Source of the DNA: Vibrio alginolyticus NBRC 15630 = ATCC 17749
Lineage (GTDB): Bacteria > Pseudomonadota > Gammaproteobacteria > Enterobacterales > Vibrionaceae
Length of the DNA stretch: 32,000 nt
Reading direction: 5' to 3'
Assembly: GCF_000354175.2 (NCBI RefSeq)
Contig: NC_022349.1
Coordinates: 630,001-662,000 of the forward strand
The number at the start of each line of letters is the position of its first letter. Positions within the stretch are counted from its first letter, which is position 1. Position numbers and translations under genes: made by a program. This document shows positions 27,521 to 32,000 of the stretch, piece by piece. The notes under the pieces are model-generated. The model did no database searches. It saw only the letters and a list, made by a program, of their open reading frames with translations, and had not been told where the DNA came from.

Positions 27521-28468
27521 TTAGGTTGCTGTATTTGGATCGAGAGGACTAATGTAACCTTTTGGTTTTAGAGCCAACACATCGCAATTTATTTTATCAA
27601 TTACGTGCTCCGCTGTATTACCAATAAAGACAGCAGAAAGCCCAGTTCGCCCTGTAGTACCTAAAATAACCATTGCAGCATTTAAGCGCTCTGCAGCTGC
27701 CGGAATGACATCTTCAGGTAAACCTTGCTCAACTATCGTTTGTTCTTCATCAAGACCATGTTTTTGGCGTAGTGCTTTCATAGCCGTTAAATGATGACCT
27801 CGCACCGCATCGGTATAAGTCGTTGGGTCAAATTCAGGAAGTTCAATCGTAATGTTCGCCGGTGTAACGGGGTAGGCGTTAACAAGATATGGCTTGGCCT
27901 CAAGCCGAGTGGTGATTTCTTTTAATCGCTCGACCATCGTATCGTTGAGATCAATATGAGTCGGGTTTTCTGAGCCCACATGTACTGAGGCAAGGATACT
28001 TGCTTGTTCCGGCCAAGCAGCATTCTTAATAAGAAGCACTGGAATAGGGCATTTTCGCAACAAGTGCCAATCTGTCGGTGTGAAAATGACAGACTCTAAA
28101 ACATCATGCTTACGTGTGCCTTTGATGACTAGGTCATGATTGCCTGCGTAGACTTCAGCAATAATCGCCTCATAAGGGCGGTTGTGCCAGACAACACAAG
28201 CATCAAAGTCGAAGCCATCGTTTAGGTATGGTTGAGCAATTTTACGCATCCACTGCTCACGCTGATGAATGACACCTCGACGCATAGCATCTCTTTCATC
28301 CACTGACAGCATTGACGTCATGTCATACGAGAAATCGTAAATGGATAAAAAGAAAGTGATTCGGCTTCTAGATACACTTTTCTGAGCTAATTGAACAGCT
28401 CTTGCAAGTGCGGGCTGCTCATCATTATTGATGTCAGCTACAACAAGGATCTTACTGTATATACTCAT
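27521..28468 (-). CDS. uspE: Universal stress protein E (tandem Usp domains)
   Basis: Start moved to ATG 28468 (MSIYSKILVVAD); the track start is a GTG 12 nt upstream. 315 aa with two Usp domains (GTTGRTGLSAVFIGNTAEHV). Adjacent to fnr, as in enterobacteria. Confidence 0.85.
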   Translation of the reverse strand: MSIYSKILVVADINNDEQPALARAVQLAQKSVSRSRITFFLSIYDFSYDMTSMLSVDERDAMRRGVIHQREQWMRKIAQPYLNDGFDFDACVVWHNRPYEAIIAEVYAGNHDLVIKGTRKHDVLESVIFTPTDWHLLRKCPIPVLLIKNAAWPEQASILASVHVGSENPTHIDLNDTMVERLKEITTRLEAKPYLVNAYPVTPANITIELPEFDPTTYTDAVRGHHLTAMKALRQKHGLDEEQTIVEQGLPEDVIPAAAERLNAAMVILGTTGRTGLSAVFIGNTAEHVIDKINCDVLALKPKGYISPLDPNTAT

Positions 28469-28607
28469 AACTAAGCCCACTTCTATTGCAAAACCAGATA
28501 CTGAATGTAAATTAAATCAGTATTTTGGAGTACTCACCGTACATTTTTACTGTAGCTTAGTTTGGAGAACTTTTTGAGGACTTTCGAAAGGAATTTATGA
28601 GAAATAT

Positions 28608-28633
28608 GATGTAGCTCATTTTCGAGCTACATC
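28608..28633 (-). terminator. fnr terminator candidate
   Basis: 10-bp stem GATGTAGCTC / GAGCTACATC, 15 nt after the fnr stop. Confidence 0.55.
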
Positions 28634-28648
28634 AATAATTAGGGTGTA

Positions 28649-29395
28649 TTATTCTTTAGTTACACCAGCAAGTTCCATCAATGCATCGTGGTCTAAGATA
28701 GTGATATATTTACCTTTTACGCTTAGGATCTCTGATTTCTGGAAACGACCTAACAAACGACTGATCGTTTCGACTGTAAGACCAAGGTAGTTGCCAATAT
28801 CACCACGAGTCATAGTTAAACGAAACTCTCTAGGGCTGAAGCCACGCTGAGAAAAACGCGTTGATAGGTTGTAAAGGAAAGCAGCTAGTCGCTCTTCTGC
28901 ATTCTTTTTAGAAAGAAGCAAAATCATTTCCTGATCACCTTTAATTTCGTTACTCATCAAACGCATGATTTGCTGGCGAAGCTTAGGCATCTTACCCGAT
29001 AGATCGTCTAAAATTTCGTATGGGATTTCACATACCATCGACGTTTCGAGTGCTTGAGCAAAGCTAGGGTGGGAGTCACCAGTGATAGCATCGAAACCGA
29101 CTAAGTCTCCAGCTAAGTGAAACGCTGTGATTTGCTCATCACCTTGCTCTGTGATCGTATAGCTCTTGATGGTACCAGAGCGGATAGCGTATAGCGATTT
29201 TAGCTCATCACCAGCCTTAAAAAGCTCTTGTCCTTTTTGAATAGGCTTCTTACGTTCGATGATTTGGTCAAGCTGGTCGAGTTCTGCCTCATTTAGAGTG
29301 AACGGGATACACAGTTGACTAATGCTACAATCTTGGCAATGAATGGCGCAACCGCCTGATTGGATACGCTTTGTTGCAGGTTTTTCAGAAATCAT
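28649..29395 (-). CDS. fnr: Anaerobic global regulator FNR (CRP/FNR family)
   Basis: 248 aa with the N-terminal cluster ligands [14 protein letters not shown] and the C-terminal [25 protein letters not shown]. Confidence 0.95.
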   Translation of the reverse strand: MISEKPATKRIQSGGCAIHCQDCSISQLCIPFTLNEAELDQLDQIIERKKPIQKGQELFKAGDELKSLYAIRSGTIKSYTITEQGDEQITAFHLAGDLVGFDAITGDSHPSFAQALETSMVCEIPYEILDDLSGKMPKLRQQIMRLMSNEIKGDQEMILLLSKKNAEERLAAFLYNLSTRFSQRGFSPREFRLTMTRGDIGNYLGLTVETISRLLGRFQKSEILSVKGKYITILDHDALMELAGVTKE

Positions 29396-29411
29396 AACAA
29401 CCTTTCACTAT

Positions 29412-29425
29412 TTGATATACATCAA
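29412..29425. promoter_or_regulatory. Perfect FNR box in the fnr promoter (autoregulation)
   Basis: TTGAT-ATAC-ATCAA, 17 nt upstream of the fnr ATG. Confidence 0.75.
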
Positions 29426-29485
29426 TATTTTAGCATCGCTTAATCCTAAAGGGTAGCAAAAATGTCACCTCAATAGAGTTTATCG

Positions 29486-30166
29486 TTATATGAAACCGAG
29501 TAACGCTAAGGCTCCTATAGCGGTATACGAACCATACCCAATAAGGATTAATGCTGAAATATTTCTAAATATTAATGATTTTTGTAATTTCTGAAAATGA
29601 TTGGCACCATATCCAATAATAAGCATTGCAGGTAGCGTTCCGAGCCCAAACGCAAGCATAATTAGGCCGCCGTTGATCGCACTACCAGAAACCGCCGACC
29701 AAGTAAGCGCTGAATAAACTAAGCCACATGGTAACCAACCCCAAATAAAGCCAAATGGCAGCGCGTGAAGAGGATGCTTTAATGGCAACAAACTCTTCCC
29801 TGCCGGCGAGATAAAGCGCCAGAGATACTGCCCTAGCTTTTCTATTAAAAGTAAGCCTTGCCACCATTTAGCAATATACAGCGCGACCAGAATCATGAAT
29901 AACGCCGCAATCAGCCTTAACCAAGCAAGAGAGTGCGTTAACCCACTAAGTTCAGATAAACCTGATATAGCACCACCGACTAATGCTCCTATTAAGGTAT
30001 AACTGATCAATCGTCCGAGGTTGTAGAAGAGGGGGATAAGAGGGGTAGTTTTATTTTTAGCAGAAGAGCCCATGGTAAGCAGAGACGCGATACCACCACA
30101 CATACCCATACAATGACCGGCTCCTACTAAGCCGATCATCAACGCACCGATAAAATCAGGAGTCAT
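29486..30166 (-). CDS. DsbD_2 / TauE-SafE-like membrane protein of the cco maturation cluster
   Basis: Start moved to ATG 30166 (MTPDFIGAL...). 226 aa, 6-7 TM, GHCMGMCGG motif, immediately downstream of ccoS. Confidence 0.7.
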   Translation of the reverse strand: MTPDFIGALMIGLVGAGHCMGMCGGIASLLTMGSSAKNKTTPLIPLFYNLGRLISYTLIGALVGGAISGLSELSGLTHSLAWLRLIAALFMILVALYIAKWWQGLLLIEKLGQYLWRFISPAGKSLLPLKHPLHALPFGFIWGWLPCGLVYSALTWSAVSGSAINGGLIMLAFGLGTLPAMLIIGYGANHFQKLQKSLIFRNISALILIGYGSYTAIGALALLGFI

Positions 30167-30173
30167 AAAGTCG

Positions 30174-30338
30174 CTACTTTTTATCACTATTAGATTGGTC
30201 TTCTTCGTCGAGAAGAATGTTGTGCCCTTGCCGTTCAAGATCTTCAAACTGATCGCTTCTTACCGCCCAAAGAAAAACTGCGACAGCAACACAAACGAGA
30301 ACGATAGCGATGGGAATCAATATATAAAGACTTTCCAT
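30174..30338 (-). CDS. ccoS: cbb3 oxidase maturation protein CcoS/FixS (54 aa), absent from the ORF track
   Basis: My translation: MESLYILIPIAIVLVCVAVAVFLWAVRSDQFEDLERQGHNILLDEEDQSNSDKK. One TM followed by the W..RS.QF.D motif typical of CcoS. It starts 16 nt after the ccoI stop. Confidence 0.75.
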   Translation of the reverse strand: MESLYILIPIAIVLVCVAVAVFLWAVRSDQFEDLERQGHNILLDEEDQSNSDKK

Positions 30339-30353
30339 GTTTGCTTTCTCTAC

Positions 30354-32000
30354 TTATTTCTCTTTGAGCAGGCGCAAAGAGTTAGATACAACGATAATTG
30401 AGCTTGCAGACATGCCAACTACTGCAATGTAGGGAGCCACTAAACCTGCGACCGCCAAAGGCAAAATTAACAGGTTGTAACCCAAAGACCAAGCCAAGTT
30501 TTCTCGAATAATCTTTCTTGTACGCAGTGCAAGCAAACGTGCTTCTAGTAGCTTTTCGAGATTATCCCCAAGTAACGTCATATCAGCAGAAGCTTTAGCG
30601 ACATCTGTACCACCACCCATTGCGACAGAAAGGTGAGCTCCGGCGAGAGTCGGCGCGTCATTGATTCCATCACCAACCATCATAGTGATACTGTTTTCGT
30701 CCAAGCTCTTAAGGTATGCAAGCTTATCTTCTGGCTTTGCTGACGCGACGATGTGATCGATACCAATTTCATTCGCCACTGGTTGGGCGTTTGAGAGAGA
30801 ATCACCAGTTAGCAGGGTTGTCTTAATTCCAGCGTCAGCAAAACGTTGAATAAAGGCTTTGCTTTCTTTTCGGATAGGGTCGCGGTAGTAAAAGCTAGCG
30901 ACATGCTTGCCATCAACCGACAGATAGACCGCCTGGCTTTCACCACTTTCTTTGCCTTGAACAAAAGCAGCACTACCTATCTTAACGATTTTGCCATTCC
31001 ACATACCCTCAATCCCTGAACCAATCACGTTTTGCACGTCAGACACGATAAAGTCATCATTGGTGTAAGTTGCAAAAGAACGAGCGATAGGGTGGTTTGC
31101 ATGAGCCTCTAAAGCTGCAGCTAGTGATAGACAATCTTTCTGTGGGAGATCACTAAGTACCTTTGTTTCACAGATCTCAATATCACCTTTCGTTAGAGTG
31201 CCTGTTTTATCTACAACTAAGTGGTTGATCTTACATAGTGTCTCAAACACATGGCCTTTACGAAGCAAAATGCCAAAATTACCCATTCTAGAGGTAGCAC
31301 AAGTGAGAGCGGTCGGAGTGGCCAGAGATAGCGCACATGGGCATGTAGCAACTAACACAGACAGCATGATCCAAAACGCATCATCTGGTTTTGTTTGATG
31401 CCAGTAAAACCAAGTACCAGCAGAGATGATAAGAATCACACCAACAAAGTAACGGGCGACAATGTCTGCAATTTCCGCAATTTTAGGTTTGGAGTGTTGA
31501 GCTTCATCTTGTAAACGCACGATGTTAGAAATCATTGAATCGGCCTTTGAGCTTACTACCTCAAGTTCAAATGATTCGTCTCCGTTTAGCGTTCCTGCAT
31601 AAACAATATCGCCTTCTCGTTTCACAACGTGCACTGACTCGCCCGTTAGCATGGATTCATCAATATGAATACGGCCTGAAATAACTTTACCGTCAGCGGG
31701 GATATGTTCACCAGGTAGAACGCGAATGCGATCGCCAACTTTTAGCGTCTTCACGGGTATCTGATCACCGTCCAGCGTTGTAGCAATTGCAGGAATCAAC
31801 TTAAGAAGGTTACCACTCGCTGCAGCAGCTTTGCGACGAGCGCGCATCTCTAAGAATCGACCTACTAACAAAAAGAAGGTAAACATCGAGATAGATTCAA
31901 AGAAGACTTCGCCTTGTTCAGTTACTGTTGCAACTAAACTTGCAACATAGGCAAAGATCAACGCGATAGAAACCGGGACATCCATACCAAGGGTTCGGCC
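30354..32000 (-). CDS. ccoI: Copper-translocating P1B-type ATPase CcoI/FixI, C-terminal ~548 codons (5' end outside window)
   Basis: TGES, CPC (ATCPCALSLATP), DKTGTLT and GDGINDAP motifs. The frame stays open to position 32000 (GRTLGMDVPVS), so the track's ATG 31985 is internal. Confidence 0.88.
   Translation of the reverse strand, partial: GRTLGMDVPVSIALIFAYVASLVATVTEQGEVFFESISMFTFFLLVGRFLEMRARRKAAAASGNLLKLIPAIATTLDGDQIPVKTLKVGDRIRVLPGEHIPADGKVISGRIHIDESMLTGESVHVVKREGDIVYAGTLNGDESFELEVVSSKADSMISNIVRLQDEAQHSKPKIAEIADIVARYFVGVILIISAGTWFYWHQTKPDDAFWIMLSVLVATCPCALSLATPTALTCATSRMGNFGILLRKGHVFETLCKINHLVVDKTGTLTKGDIEICETKVLSDLPQKDCLSLAAALEAHANHPIARSFATYTNDDFIVSDVQNVIGSGIEGMWNGKIVKIGSAAFVQGKESGESQAVYLSVDGKHVASFYYRDPIRKESKAFIQRFADAGIKTTLLTGDSLSNAQPVANEIGIDHIVASAKPEDKLAYLKSLDENSITMMVGDGINDAPTLAGAHLSVAMGGGTDVAKASADMTLLGDNLEKLLEARLLALRTRKIIRENLAWSLGYNLLILPLAVAGLVAPYIAVVGMSASSIIVVSNSLRLLKEK

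Noticed and set aside
1-32000. CRISPR arrays, tRNA/rRNA genes, integrases, prophage genes, and retron or TA-like pairs.
   Set aside because: Reading by eye, I found no regularly spaced direct repeats, no cloverleaf-like or rRNA-like segments, and no such gene signatures. Intergenic regions are short and are explained by promoters and terminators. A tRNAscan/Infernal run would be the definitive check.

Overview
The window looks like a Vibrionaceae-type chromosomal segment; this rests on gene content and order only, with no search run. Most of it is conserved housekeeping sequence. (1) Positions 1-9470 hold a periplasmic, Tat-exported, cysteine-type formate dehydrogenase (FDH) cluster: divergent fdhD, DUF3305/DUF3306-like genes, a 553-aa polyferredoxin, a TorD-family chaperone, a 67-aa Tat-signal mini-protein, the alpha, beta and gamma subunits, and an overlapping small membrane protein. 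A strong sigma54-type promoter motif sits upstream. (2) Positions 15.2-32 kb hold a stand-alone Amt ammonium channel with a sigma54 motif, an unlisted 57-aa lipoprotein, cobB, potABC plus two potD paralogs, a membrane-protein/Bax-like glucosaminidase/secreted-protein trio, ttcA, an IS200-type insertion, uspE, fnr with a perfect FNR box, a DsbD_2/TauE-like gene, ccoS (unlisted) and a partial ccoI. The one clearly accessory element is a lower-GC insertion at about 9.5-15.2 kb. It encodes a 1459-aa YD-repeat Rhs polymorphic toxin with no PAAR domain and no neighbouring VgrG, PAAR or chaperone gene. Downstream of a canonical PxxxxDPxGF autocleavage motif, the Rhs protein carries a 328-aa C-terminal payload: about 178 aa that I cannot assign, followed by a PD-(D/E)xK nuclease-like core (D1350/D1352 ... 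E1367-A-K1369). A 299-aa cytoplasmic immunity candidate follows, tightly coupled. This toxin/immunity pair and its unassigned N-terminal loading module are the best candidates for new biology in the window. I saw no rRNA, tRNA or CRISPR array.
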